Source: Parcubacteria bacterium C7867-007 (lineage in GTDB: Bacteria > Patescibacteriota > Minisyncoccia > Phycocordibacterales > Phycocordibacteraceae). Taken from it: a stretch of 64,000 nt of DNA. The position numbers and the translations under genes are program-made. Positions 1 to 9,217 of this stretch are shown piece after piece (the stretch's first letter is position 1; each line of letters opens with the position of its first letter). Location: contig LFCQ01000006.1 in the NCBI GenBank assembly GCA_001189195.1, positions 56,841 through 120,840 of the forward strand, read 5' to 3'. The notes beneath the pieces were generated by a model. It searched no databases. It worked only from the letters and a program-made list of their open reading frames with translations, and was not told the DNA's origin.

Positions 1-1
1 T

Positions 2-376
2 GCGATCTACGTCGCAGTTGCGTTGCTCCTGTTCACTAACGGAGGAGCTACGTTTGCTGGGTACGCTCTCTCGAGAGAACGCACTCGAGAGAAGTATATG
101 CACATGGAGATATGGGGAAGGACCTCCTTCATCTACAATCTTCTCCTGCTCATAGTGGTGGTGAGTGCGCAGTATGTCATCGTACAAGGCAGACCCTCGA
201 CGCTGTTCTGGGTGCTTCTTGGGTTTGCGACCATCACGGTGATCTTGTCGTCAGTCCTGGTGTTCTTCAAGAAGTGGGCGGATCGAAACCGTCTCCACAG
301 AAAAGTCGCTGTTCCCTATGCGCTCATTGCGCTTGTGGCGGCCATCACGGGAGTGATGTTTGCATACCGGCTCTGA
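2..376 (+). CDS. Hypothetical membrane protein, probably 5'-truncated by the window edge
   Basis: Frame open from the window start; about 4 hydrophobic segments; followed by a hairpin terminator. Confidence 0.6.
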   Translation, partial: AIYVAVALLLFTNGGATFAGYALSRERTREKYMHMEIWGRTSFIYNLLLLIVVVSAQYVIVQGRPSTLFWVLLGFATITVILSSVLVFFKKWADRNRLHRKVAVPYALIALVAAITGVMFAYRL

Positions 377-378
377 AA

Positions 379-409
379 GAAGCCGCCTGCGCGTAGCGCA
401 GGCGGCTTC
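379..409. terminator. Hairpin terminator between convergent genes
   Basis: GAAGCCGCCTGCGC-gta-GCGCAGGCGGCTTC perfect inverted repeat. Confidence 0.75.
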
Positions 410-426
410 AAATCATTTCATACTAC

Positions 427-825
427 TTACTTCTGCTCTTCTTCGGCAGCAGGTGCAATGATCTCCTCATTAATTGTTTTGCGGAGTTCATTAAATTCAT
501 GGGTTAGCATAGCGAGCTTTTCATCTGTGCCGTCTTCAATATCAATGAATTCATCACGTGCAGGACCACTAGCACGAATGATCTCATCAAGCTTTAGATG
601 AATGGCATGAGCATCACGGTTCTGTGTGTTCTGAATAAGGAACACCATAAGGAAGGTGAGTATGGTCGTTCCGGTGTTAATCACCAGTTGCCACGTATTT
701 GAGAAGTTGAACAACGGACCACTTGCTGCCCATATCAGAACAAACAGAATGGCAACAAAGAAGCCCATGGGCGAGCCGGCAATACGACTCGTCTTCTGTG
801 CAGCTCTCCGGAAGATGTCATTCAT
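427..825 (-). CDS. Low-affinity iron permease family protein
   Basis: GP.F.FS.TWQLVINTGTTI.TFLMVFLIQNTQNRD..AI.LKLDE signature; start placed at MNDIF. Confidence 0.88.
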   Translation of the reverse strand: MNDIFRRAAQKTSRIAGSPMGFFVAILFVLIWAASGPLFNFSNTWQLVINTGTTILTFLMVFLIQNTQNRDAHAIHLKLDEIIRASGPARDEFIDIEDGTDEKLAMLTHEFNELRKTINEEIIAPAAEEEQK

Positions 826-844
826 GATGTTGTCAGTACCGTGC

Positions 845-1057
845 TTAAGATCCGCGCTCGAAACACTTGCAGCTTCCTGCAAACAGCTTTGCCACACCAA
901 TCAAGATGATAAGGGTTGGCCAAACGATACGAATGATATCTGCACCAAGGTACCCCATGTTTCCTGCAAGGAAGGAACCTCCAAATAGGATGATAAGGAT
1001 TGGCTGTACTAAATGGTGAGGGCAGCGGCACGCAGAGGTCGTATTGAGATGGTTCAT
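845..1057 (-). CDS. Small membrane protein (DUF5668-like)
   Basis: Two TM segments with WP.L.I.IG motif; Cys pairs at both ends. Confidence 0.65.
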   Translation of the reverse strand: MNHLNTTSACRCPHHLVQPILIILFGGSFLAGNMGYLGADIIRIVWPTLIILIGVAKLFAGSCKCFERGS

Positions 1058-1199
1058 GAACTGAAATTATGTGGGTATACGCTAAGAATAGCAGGGTATG
1101 AGCTGCTGCTTCTGAATCAGGTGGATAGTCTTTAAGATTGAAAAAATGACGGAATTGGGTAGGATGAGCAGAACGGACCAAGTTGGTTCGTTTTCGTTC

Positions 1200-1271
1200 G
1201 CCGATGTAGCTCAGGGGTAGAGCAACTCCATGGTAAGGAGTAGGTCGGCAGTTCAATTCTGCCCATCGGCT
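1200..1271 (+). tRNA. tRNA-Thr(GGT)
   Basis: Cloverleaf GCCGATG/CATCGGC; anticodon arm ACTCC-ATGGTAA-GGAGT; T-loop GTTCAAT; CCA not encoded. Confidence 0.95.
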
Positions 1272-1276
1272 CTCGT

Positions 1277-1918
1277 ATGACAGAGCCTAAAACAAAGGAG
1301 CACCCATTCACTGGTAAGACTGGAAGGATCTTGGTGTTGGTATTCACCCTCCTCTATATAGCTGCAGCCGGTATCTATTTCTTTACGACCGGTGTGCAGG
1401 AATTTACTCTGTACCTTGCAGTGCTTCTTGCGCTGGTAGGACTTGTTGCATGGACACTTCCCAGAACTAAGTTGCCGGTATGGGCCCTCTGGTTACTCTC
1501 GATTCTAGGGCTTCTCCATGCACTTGGCGGAGGTGTGCAAGTGAACGGTGATGTACTTTATAACCTCATTCTCATTCCGATCATAGATAATGGTTTGAAT
1601 GGAATCACCATCTGGCGCTTTGATCAGCTGGTACACCCTTATGGCACTGCGGTCGGTGCACTCATTGCATACTTTTTCATAGCTCGACACGCAACCCTTC
1701 CGCGCCTCTGGATGGTACTTCTTGCCGTATTCGTTGCAATGGGTCTCGGTGCACTCAATGAGGTGATCGAATTCATCACCAAACTCAGCATCCCAAATAC
1801 CGATGTGGGAGGATATAACAACACGGCAATTGACCTCTGCACTAATGCCATCGGTGCGGTTATCGGTGCTGCGATAGCGGCACTTACGTGGGGAAAGAAA
1901 CCACCGCTTGATACTTAA
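1277..1918 (+). CDS. DUF2238-family membrane protein
   Basis: Multi-TM; H..GG, RFDQLVH, E.IEF, Y.NT..DL..N..GA motifs. Confidence 0.8.
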   Translation: MTEPKTKEHPFTGKTGRILVLVFTLLYIAAAGIYFFTTGVQEFTLYLAVLLALVGLVAWTLPRTKLPVWALWLLSILGLLHALGGGVQVNGDVLYNLILIPIIDNGLNGITIWRFDQLVHPYGTAVGALIAYFFIARHATLPRLWMVLLAVFVAMGLGALNEVIEFITKLSIPNTDVGGYNNTAIDLCTNAIGAVIGAAIAALTWGKKPPLDT

Positions 1919-1955
1919 GTATTTTCTCGGTACATTTTGAAAACACAGTAGATAT

Positions 1956-2031
1956 GCCGAGGTAGCTCAGTTGGTAGAGCAATTGCATCGTAAGCAATGG
2001 GTCGGGAGTTCAAGTCTCCCCCTCGGCTCCA
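1956..2031 (+). tRNA. tRNA-Thr(CGT)
   Basis: GCCGAGG/CCTCGGC-T-CCA; anticodon arm ATTGC-ATCGTAA-GCAAT. Confidence 0.95.
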
Positions 2032-2032
2032 G

Positions 2033-2068
2033 AAGAAAAACTGACTCTAATTAGAGTCAGTTTTTCTT
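2033..2068 (+). terminator. Intrinsic terminator after tRNA-Thr
   Basis: AAGAAAAACTGACTCTAA/TTAGAGTCAGTTTTTCTT palindrome. Confidence 0.8.
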
Positions 2069-2118
2069 TATCTCCACCACACCGTCCTCTGATCACTGTT
2101 CCGCTATTCTGCTTCTAC

Positions 2119-2187
2119 GCCGGTGGCAGGTTTGCAGTGGTCCCCCTCATCAAGGTACCTTTGAGGGTTCAATTCCCTCCACCGGCA
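2119..2187 (+). ncRNA. tRNA-like RNA 1 (acceptor stem and T-arm, non-canonical interior)
   Basis: GCCGGTG/CACCGGC stem; GAGGG-TTCAATT-CCCTC T-arm; no canonical D or anticodon arm; -10-like TATTCT at 2105-2110; paralog at 42282-42350. Confidence 0.75.
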
Positions 2188-2230
2188 CAAGAATGTTGAC
2201 GAATTTATCATTGAGCAATAATATTATTAG

Positions 2231-2298
2231 CGATGAGGGGCACCTGCAAATAAGCAAGAGTACTGGGAAAGGCGGCCGAAAGGTCGTTTTTCTTTTTT
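2231..2298 (+). ncRNA. Short transcript 1 carrying leaderless minigene MRGTCK* (2233-2253)
   Basis: TTGACG(2196)-17 bp-TAATAT(2219) promoter; ATG near the predicted TSS; terminator hairpin 2267-2298; complementary to tRNA-like RNA 1. Confidence 0.6.
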
Positions 2299-2312
2299 GC
2301 TATACTCACCCC

Positions 2313-3194
2313 ATGAGTCCTGAGGAACGCCTAGCAGAAATAGAAGAGCTAATGATGTCTCCAACTTTCTGGAGCGATAAGGAGGCTGCACAGAAAGTAG
2401 TACGTGAATACCAATCCCTTAAAGAGGGAGGTTCTGGTGATGGACATGATGGTGGTTCCGCAACCCTGGCTATTCTTGCGGGAGCAGGGGGTGATGATGC
2501 TGAAGACTTCGCACGCATGTTACGTGGGATGTATGAAGGCTATGCAGATGAAAAAGGATGGAGTGTACGTGAGCTCCATGCCAACGAGAATAATCATGGA
2601 GGGTACCGTAACCTACTCCTTGATATAGACGGGAGGGGTGCATACGGACGCTTGAAGCATGAGTCTGGGGTGCACCGTCTTGTACGTATCTCCCCCTTTA
2701 ATGCCAACGATAAACGACAGACATCTTTTGCGCTTGTGGAGGTCTTGCCCGTACTAGCACCAAACGAGCAGACAGCACTCAATCCAGAAGATCTTGAGGT
2801 CACCTTTGCACGTTCTGGTGGAGCGGGAGGACAGAATGTGAACAAACGAGAGACTGCTGTACGTATTACCCACACCCCAACAGGAATTTCTGTACACGTA
2901 TCTAGTGAGCGTAGTCAGCAAGCAAATAGGGACAAGGCTGTTTCACTTATCCAGGCAAAGATATTCGCACGCGAAGAAGAGAAACGTGATGCAGAAGCAA
3001 AGGGACGTTCTATCGCAGCAACCACAGCGAATGAGTGGGGCAGTCAGATACGTTCCTATGTATTGCACCCATACAAAATGGTAAAAGATCACATAACCGG
3101 CCACGAATCACATGATCCAGAGGCTGTTTTGGCGGGAGATCTGGATGCGTTTATTGACGCATCCACAAATTCTGGGCAAGAGGGTGAAGGGTAG
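2313..3194 (+). CDS. prfB: Peptide chain release factor 2 (shortened N-domain)
   Basis: [11 protein letters not shown] (SPF) and GGQ motifs, WGSQIRSYV; TATACT at 2301 just before ATG 2313. Confidence 0.93.
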   Translation: MSPEERLAEIEELMMSPTFWSDKEAAQKVVREYQSLKEGGSGDGHDGGSATLAILAGAGGDDAEDFARMLRGMYEGYADEKGWSVRELHANENNHGGYRNLLLDIDGRGAYGRLKHESGVHRLVRISPFNANDKRQTSFALVEVLPVLAPNEQTALNPEDLEVTFARSGGAGGQNVNKRETAVRITHTPTGISVHVSSERSQQANRDKAVSLIQAKIFAREEEKRDAEAKGRSIAATTANEWGSQIRSYVLHPYKMVKDHITGHESHDPEAVLAGDLDAFIDASTNSGQEGEG

Positions 3195-3211
3195 GGTATA
3201 ATGACCCGGTC

Positions 3212-3892
3212 ATGATCTATTTCGACAAGGTGACCAAGCTATACCGAGACGGGACTCCCGCTCTTGAAGACATCACCCTATCGATTGCTCCTAAGGAATT
3301 CGTTTCTATCGTTGGTCACTCAGGCGCAGGCAAGACCACTCTCCTTAAAATGCTTCTTGCAGAAGACGCACCGACAGAAGGCACGGTCTATTTTGAATCA
3401 ACAGATGTGCACTCGCTCCCAAAGAGCCTTCTGCATCACTACCGTCGCAAGATTGGTATGGTCTTCCAAGACTTCCGTCTCATTCCAAACAAGACTGCGT
3501 ACGAGAACATTGCTTTTGCTATGGAAGCAGCAGGTCGTCATGATGATGAGATCGCTTCAGATGTACCTCATATTCTTGATCTGGTAGATCTTGGTAGCAA
3601 GGGAGGACACTTCCCGCACCAGCTTTCAGGAGGAGAGCAACAGCGTGTGGCTATTGGTCGTGCAATCGTAAACCAGCCAGATGTGATTGTGGCTGATGAG
3701 CCAACGGGGAACCTAGATCCGGTAAATACCTACGAGATCGTGGAGATTCTAAAGAAGGTTAACGAACTGGGAACAACGGTGCTTATCACCACACACAATA
3801 AAGGTGTGGTGGACGCGATGGGTAAGCGCGTTATTACTATGGAGCGTGGACGCATAACCCGTGATGATGCGCACGGCCAATATATTCTTTAG
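3212..3892 (+). CDS. ftsE: Cell division ATP-binding protein FtsE
   Basis: [33 protein letters not shown]; upstream of ftsX. Confidence 0.93.
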   Translation: MIYFDKVTKLYRDGTPALEDITLSIAPKEFVSIVGHSGAGKTTLLKMLLAEDAPTEGTVYFESTDVHSLPKSLLHHYRRKIGMVFQDFRLIPNKTAYENIAFAMEAAGRHDDEIASDVPHILDLVDLGSKGGHFPHQLSGGEQQRVAIGRAIVNQPDVIVADEPTGNLDPVNTYEIVEILKKVNELGTTVLITTHNKGVVDAMGKRVITMERGRITRDDAHGQYIL

Positions 3893-3895
3893 CGT

Positions 3896-4807
3896 ATGAT
3901 GATGACTCTTAAGCGAATCTTTTCAGCAGGCGCGACCTCCTTTACGCGCAGTGGTCTCGTATCCTTCGCGACAGTGCTCATCATGACGGTGACACTCATC
4001 ATAATTGGGTCACTTGTTCTTCTCTCAGCCGTGCTTAGCGACACCCTCAGTTCTATTCAAAAGAAGGTAGATGTAAACATATATTTTCTAACTACCGCAG
4101 AAGAAAGTCAGGTGCTTGCCGTAAAGACTCGTCTTGAACAGCGCCCCGAAGTAGATGAGGTTACCTATACTTCCCGAGACCAGTCTCTTCTAGATTTCCG
4201 TAATGATAATAAAGATGATGTTCTCACCCTCCAGGCACTTGATCAGCTGGGAGACAATCCACTCGGCGCAGCCCTCGCTGTACGTGCAAAGGATCCTACC
4301 CAATACGCAGCACTCGTACAATTCCTTGCAGATGATGCAGCCGCAAACAGTATTATTGATCGTATTAATTACGGTAGGAACAAGGTAGTTATCGAAAGAC
4401 TCAGCAATGCAATAGATGCAACGCAGACGGCAGGTTTTGCAATTGTTCTCCTCTTTGTGATCTCTTCAGTAATCATCGCGCTTGCGACCGTTCGTCTCGC
4501 TATATATAGTGCCCGTGATGAAATTGCTGTCATGAGACTCGTGGGTGCTTCAAATATGTACATCCGTGGCCCATTTATTGTTGCCGGAATTATTGCTGGC
4601 CTTATCTCTGGCCTCATTGCACTTGCATTCTTCTTCCCAGTTTCCTGGTATGTGGGGCAGGCCTCTGTTGGTTGGCTTGATGGATTCAATCTCTTCACGT
4701 ACTACGTGGTTAACTTCCCGTTCCTCTTCTTCGTTATCGTAGGTTCTGGACTAGGGCTTGGTGCAGTTGCTTCATTCTTAGGAGTGCGTAGGTATTTGCA
4801 GGTGTAA
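3896..4807 (+). CDS. ftsX: Cell division permease FtsX
   Basis: 4-TM ABC permease; EI.VMRLVGA...IRGPF motif. Confidence 0.92.
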   Translation: MMMTLKRIFSAGATSFTRSGLVSFATVLIMTVTLIIIGSLVLLSAVLSDTLSSIQKKVDVNIYFLTTAEESQVLAVKTRLEQRPEVDEVTYTSRDQSLLDFRNDNKDDVLTLQALDQLGDNPLGAALAVRAKDPTQYAALVQFLADDAAANSIIDRINYGRNKVVIERLSNAIDATQTAGFAIVLLFVISSVIIALATVRLAIYSARDEIAVMRLVGASNMYIRGPFIVAGIIAGLISGLIALAFFFPVSWYVGQASVGWLDGFNLFTYYVVNFPFLFFVIVGSGLGLGAVASFLGVRRYLQV

Positions 4808-4810
4808 GGT

Positions 4811-6454
4811 ATGGCACTCGAAGGACACAAATACATATTCGTTCTCGGTGGCGTCATGTCGGGCGTTGGTAAGGGGGTCGCCACCTCAAGCATGGGACTT
4901 ATCCTGCAGCAGCGTGGATACGGTGTGAACCTCGTAAAGATCGACCCGTATCTAAACGTAGACGCGGGTACCATGAATCCAACAGAGCACGGAGAGGTGT
5001 TTGTACTCAAGAGTGGTCTTGAGACAGATCAGGACATGGGTAACTATGAGCGCTTCCTTAACCGTGATCTAGGGCCGGAAGACTATATGACCTCAGGTAT
5101 GGTGTACCAGACGGTTATCAACCGTGAACGGGCACTGGGATATCACGGAAAGTTTGTTGAAACTATCCCCCATGTTCGAGATGAAATCATTGATCGCCTA
5201 ACCACAGCTGCGGCACATAACGGAAGCCGTATCTCTGTGATCGAGATTGGAGGAACCGTGGGTGATTTTCAGAATGCTCTTTTCATTGATGCTGCTCGTG
5301 TGATGCGTCTCAAGAATCCTAACGATGTTCGCTTTGTCCTTGTTTCGTACCTTCCGGTACCAAACACCATTGGTGAAATGAAGACCAAACCAACACAGAG
5401 TGCAGTGCGTGAACTGAACTCATATGGGGTGCAGCCAGATTTCATCGTTGCTCGATCTAATCATGCGATGGACGAGAAACGCAAAGAGAAACTAGCTATA
5501 TGGTGCAACGTGCAGCCTAACCACATAATCTCTGCGCCGGATGTGGACTCTATCTATGATGTACCACTCAACTTTGAGCAGGATAACCTAGGAGACCTCC
5601 TTCTAGATGCGCTCTCTCTTTCCAAAGAGAAGGTTGCTGATTTCACTGAATGGAATAAGTTTGTCGCAGGAACAAAGGTAAAGGACGCAGAGGTTAAGAT
5701 AGGAATTGTTGGTAAGTATTTTGATACGGGAGACTATATTCTTTCTGATGCATATCTCTCAGTTATTGAGGCACTTAAATTCTCTGGTGCAGAACTAAAA
5801 GTGAAACCAAAGATTGAGTGGATCAATGCAAAGAAGCTTGAAAGCGATGAGGATCTTGAACAGCTCAGCCAATACGATGGCATTATCGTTCCCGGTGGAT
5901 TCGGGGAGACTGGTATTGAAGGGAAGATTCGTGCAGCTCGGTTCTGCCGCGAGAAAAAGATTCCATACTTTGGCCTTTGCTATGGAATGCACATGTTAGT
6001 GATTGAATATGCACGCAATGTTCTGGGTCTTGAGGGTGCACATACGGTAGAGATCAACGCAGAGACAAATTATCCTGTGGTGGATGTGATGCCGGATCAG
6101 AAGGCGCATATCTCTGAAGGGAAGTACGGAGGTACCATGCGTCTTGGCTCATATACAGCAAAGCTTGGTGAAGGAACCATTGCACGTGAGGCATATGGAG
6201 CCGATGCTGTTGAGGAGAGACATCGTCACCGATACGAAATCAATCCTGAATACGTACCACAACTCATTGAGAAAGGTCTGGTGTTCTCTGGTACTAGTCC
6301 CGATGGGGTGCTTATGGAAATTGCTGAACTCCCAAAGAGTGAACACCCGTTCATGCTTGGGTGTCAGTTCCATCCTGAACTCCAGGCTCGTCCTCTTGCA
6401 CCGCACCCACTCTTCACTGCCTTCCTAAGGGCATCCATAGAGAAGAAAGGGTAG
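4811..6454 (+). CDS. pyrG: CTP synthase
   Basis: GGVMSGVGKG, KIDPYLNVDAGTMNP, GLCYG, ERHRHRYE, QFHPE. Confidence 0.98.
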   Translation: MALEGHKYIFVLGGVMSGVGKGVATSSMGLILQQRGYGVNLVKIDPYLNVDAGTMNPTEHGEVFVLKSGLETDQDMGNYERFLNRDLGPEDYMTSGMVYQTVINRERALGYHGKFVETIPHVRDEIIDRLTTAAAHNGSRISVIEIGGTVGDFQNALFIDAARVMRLKNPNDVRFVLVSYLPVPNTIGEMKTKPTQSAVRELNSYGVQPDFIVARSNHAMDEKRKEKLAIWCNVQPNHIISAPDVDSIYDVPLNFEQDNLGDLLLDALSLSKEKVADFTEWNKFVAGTKVKDAEVKIGIVGKYFDTGDYILSDAYLSVIEALKFSGAELKVKPKIEWINAKKLESDEDLEQLSQYDGIIVPGGFGETGIEGKIRAARFCREKKIPYFGLCYGMHMLVIEYARNVLGLEGAHTVEINAETNYPVVDVMPDQKAHISEGKYGGTMRLGSYTAKLGEGTIAREAYGADAVEERHRHRYEINPEYVPQLIEKGLVFSGTSPDGVLMEIAELPKSEHPFMLGCQFHPELQARPLAPHPLFTAFLRASIEKKG

Positions 6455-6533
6455 CCGTTGATTTTAATAAATATAGTGTTATAGTTACGTTAGAGTCGTA
6501 TCAGTTCGATACGAAGTATTTGGGGAGAGTGTC

Positions 6534-6914
6534 TTGGACGAAATTGATATCAACCTCGGTCGTCGTTTGCGTCGCCGTCGCCGTCTGTTGGGTCTGACCC
6601 AACAAGAACTCGCACATGCAAGTGGGGTTCGATTTCAGCAGATCCAGAAGTATGAGTGTGCCGCGAACCGCATGAGTGCCGCTCGTCTCTGGCAACTCGC
6701 TGAAGTTCTGGAGGTCCCGGTCTCCTACTTCTACGAGGGCCTCACCCGTAATCAACGGGAAGCTCTGGAACAGGAGACGGTCTCGTCAGCGAACGCAGCC
6801 ATGGCTAGCAAGGAGACGCAGGACCTGATCCATGCGTACTACAAGCTCGGAGAACGTCCTCGGCGACGCCTCCTCGATCTTGCTAAAGCCATGAACGGCG
6901 AGGTCGAAGCGTAG
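6534..6914 (+). CDS. XRE-family HTH transcriptional regulator (alphaproteobacterial type)
   Basis: GVRFQQIQKYE..ANR.SAARL...A..L.VPVSYFYEG; TTG start after GGGGAG SD. Confidence 0.9.
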   Translation: MDEIDINLGRRLRRRRRLLGLTQQELAHASGVRFQQIQKYECAANRMSAARLWQLAEVLEVPVSYFYEGLTRNQREALEQETVSSANAAMASKETQDLIHAYYKLGERPRRRLLDLAKAMNGEVEA

Positions 6915-6934
6915 AACACCCAGAAAGAAACACA

Positions 6935-6964
6935 CCGGCGGCCCCAAGGGTCGCCGGTTCTTTT
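6935..6964 (+). terminator. Terminator, identical copy at 7332-7361
   Basis: CCGGCGGCCCCAAGGGTCGCCGGTTCTTTT. Confidence 0.85.
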
Positions 6965-7059
6965 GTGAAAAGAAGGAATCATTGCTTTGAGCAAGAAAAG
7001 TGTTACAGTCCATTCAGGTTTTACATCAGTTCGATGTGACGAATGAGCGGGAGAGTGTT

Positions 7060-7308
7060 TTGGAAGATATCAATTTGCATGTCGGAAGGCGTATGCGCAT
7101 ACGCCGTCGTCTGGCAGGTTTCTCTCAGCAACAGGTTGGGGCTAAGTGTGGGGTGACCTTCCAGACGGTCCAAAAGATGGAATCTGGTCAGGTCGACATT
7201 TCGATAAAGCGACTCTGGAAACTCAGTGAGGTATTGGGTGTCCCCATAACCTACTTCTTCGATGGATACGGTGAAACTGATGACGGTTCTCCAGTAACCT
7301 CCTCGTAA
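7060..7308 (+). CDS. XRE-family HTH regulator, paralog of 6534-6914
   Basis: GVTFQTVQKMESG...L.VPITYFFDG; TTG start after GGGAGAG, same leader as the paralog. Confidence 0.85.
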   Translation: MEDINLHVGRRMRIRRRLAGFSQQQVGAKCGVTFQTVQKMESGQVDISIKRLWKLSEVLGVPITYFFDGYGETDDGSPVTSS

Positions 7309-7331
7309 CAGCGGTCTTCAAGAAGACTGTG

Positions 7332-7361
7332 CCGGCGGCCCCAAGGGTCGCCGGTTCTTTT
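7332..7361 (+). terminator. Terminator, identical copy of 6935-6964
   Basis: 30-bp exact repeat; hairpin plus T tract. Confidence 0.85.
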
Positions 7362-7485
7362 TATGGGTAACAAACCCCTCCCACATACGTCTTATACAGT
7401 GGATCCCCATAATGGGGGATAATCCAAACTTCATAGTTCACATTGCTATACTTATTAGTATTAAAAGGTTTTAACAGAATCATCC

Positions 7486-7746
7486 ATGTCTCAGAACACC
7501 AAGGTAGCGGTGGCGATAGCAGTGATAGTAGTGCTCGGGGTTGGTGCCTATTATTGGTACCAGCAAATGATGCCGCAGGAGGACAGTACGTTCACCACGG
7601 CAACCAGTACCGCTCCTTCAGGTACGAGCACCACCGATGACAGTCTTCTTGAAGACACCGCTGCTATTGATGCCGAACTTAAGGGTCTCACCGCAGACCA
7701 AGCAACGGTAGAGAGTTCAGTGGATGATTCAGAGAAAACCTATTAG
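7486..7746 (+). CDS. Hypothetical single-TM protein
   Basis: N-terminal TM, Thr/Ser/Asp-rich tail. Confidence 0.75.
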   Translation: MSQNTKVAVAIAVIVVLGVGAYYWYQQMMPQEDSTFTTATSTAPSGTSTTDDSLLEDTAAIDAELKGLTADQATVESSVDDSEKTY

Positions 7747-7770
7747 CAGTCGCTAATCCACATTCTATAT

Positions 7771-8688
7771 ATGAAAAACATAACCACTCCTGCAGTAGCG
7801 CTCGCGGTACTTATTGCCGCAACTCCATTCGCTGCATTTGCAGAAAGCATGGTAGTAGAGGGTAGTGCGGGCGGAGATCTGCGCATAGACCAGCCGATTA
7901 AAGGTGAAAACATTGCCCCGCTATATATACAGGGGAAGCCAATTATAAAGGTTCGTGAGGGCGCATCTTCAACCATTCAGATACGAGGTGCAGAGAAAGT
8001 TGAACAGAAGCGTCCAGAGCCTGCGATGGTAAAAGCAAAGGTTGCTGCAGCTGCAGATACTGGAATCGATGCACGTATTCAGAAGCTCAATGATGTACTT
8101 ATCCGTTTAGATAAGACTGAACGTCTTTCAGACAGTGCACGTGCATCTATTAAAGCAGCCGTAACTGGCCAGATTCAATCATTGAAAGATGTGAAAGTTA
8201 AGATTGAGACAAACAGCACTAGCACGGTGAAGGAAAGGATGAATACCGCCAATCAACCCTTCCGTGCTGCGGGCCTCATCCTGCCAAAGGCAGCAATCAC
8301 CGCTGCAGCAGATCGCATCATGACGATCGCAGGACAGATGGAAGTATTCTCAGCAAAGATCGAAGCACGTATTGATGCTGCGTCTGCTGCAGGTACCGAT
8401 GTATCAGCGGCACGTACGGCACTTGCAAACTTTGATGCAAAGGTTGCTAGCGCAAAGGTGAATGCACAAGCAGCTGCAAAACTCGTTGCCACTGTTTCTG
8501 CGGACAAAGAAGCGGATGAAGCGACCTTCAAAGCAAATGTTGCAGCACTTAGAGAGGCAAAGTTAAAGATTGATGCGGCACAAGCAGACCTAAAGGCTGC
8601 GCGTACTGAGATCGGTAACCTCCTTAAGAGTATTAAGGGCAAGGGAGAAGTACGTGCTGATGCGTCGGTTAAAGCATCCGCTCAATAA
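7771..8688 (+). CDS. Hypothetical secreted coiled-coil protein
   Basis: Signal peptide ending AFA; Ala/Lys-rich helical body. Confidence 0.8.
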   Translation: MKNITTPAVALAVLIAATPFAAFAESMVVEGSAGGDLRIDQPIKGENIAPLYIQGKPIIKVREGASSTIQIRGAEKVEQKRPEPAMVKAKVAAAADTGIDARIQKLNDVLIRLDKTERLSDSARASIKAAVTGQIQSLKDVKVKIETNSTSTVKERMNTANQPFRAAGLILPKAAITAAADRIMTIAGQMEVFSAKIEARIDAASAAGTDVSAARTALANFDAKVASAKVNAQAAAKLVATVSADKEADEATFKANVAALREAKLKIDAAQADLKAARTEIGNLLKSIKGKGEVRADASVKASAQ

Positions 8689-8700
8689 CCCCACTCATCC

Positions 8701-9144
8701 ATGTTGGACCTCGCCATAAACTACTACGCGGTACTCGGTGCAGGAATTCTGGGAGTCGTGCTAGGTATGCTTTGGTATGGTCCAATCTTTGGAAAGACCT
8801 GGATGAAAGAAATGGGCGTAACTCCTGAAGAGGTGGCGGCATTCCGTTCAGACAAGAAGAAGATGAACGAGATGAATCGCAACTATGTTATTGTTGCAAT
8901 CTCATCATTCGTACTAGCGTTTGTCTTGAATCTCATCCTTATACTCACCGCTGCATATACGCAAACCTTAAGTCTAACGATTGGTTTGACCGTGTCTTTC
9001 TGGGTATGGATAGGGTTTATTGTCCCCGTTACGCTTAACGGAGTGCTCTGGGAGGGGAAGAGTATTAAATACTGGATCATTGTATCTGGGTATTACCTCG
9101 TCTCGCTCACTCTCATGAGCATGATTCTTGCGTACTGGATGTAG
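8701..9144 (+). CDS. DUF1761-family membrane protein
   Basis: INY.AVL, G.LWYGP.FGK.W motif; 4 TM. Confidence 0.85.
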   Translation: MLDLAINYYAVLGAGILGVVLGMLWYGPIFGKTWMKEMGVTPEEVAAFRSDKKKMNEMNRNYVIVAISSFVLAFVLNLILILTAAYTQTLSLTIGLTVSFWVWIGFIVPVTLNGVLWEGKSIKYWIIVSGYYLVSLTLMSMILAYWM

Positions 9145-9217
9145 TGCGGGTGGCTTGAAAAACAGACCTTTTTCAAGTATCGTCTGTATACCTTCGCGGC
9201 TTCGGCCGCGTTGGCAT

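Noticed and set aside
2119-2187. tRNA-like RNA 1 as a real tRNA-Met (CTCATCA loop) or a tmRNA piece
   Set aside because: No U8, no D-arm and a poor anticodon stem; no G3-U70 Ala determinant or tag frame; the paralog lacks the CAT loop.
2193-2312. N-terminal extension of prfB shown in the ORF track
   Set aside because: It spans a promoter, the minigene and a terminator; the -10 at 2301 points to ATG 2313.
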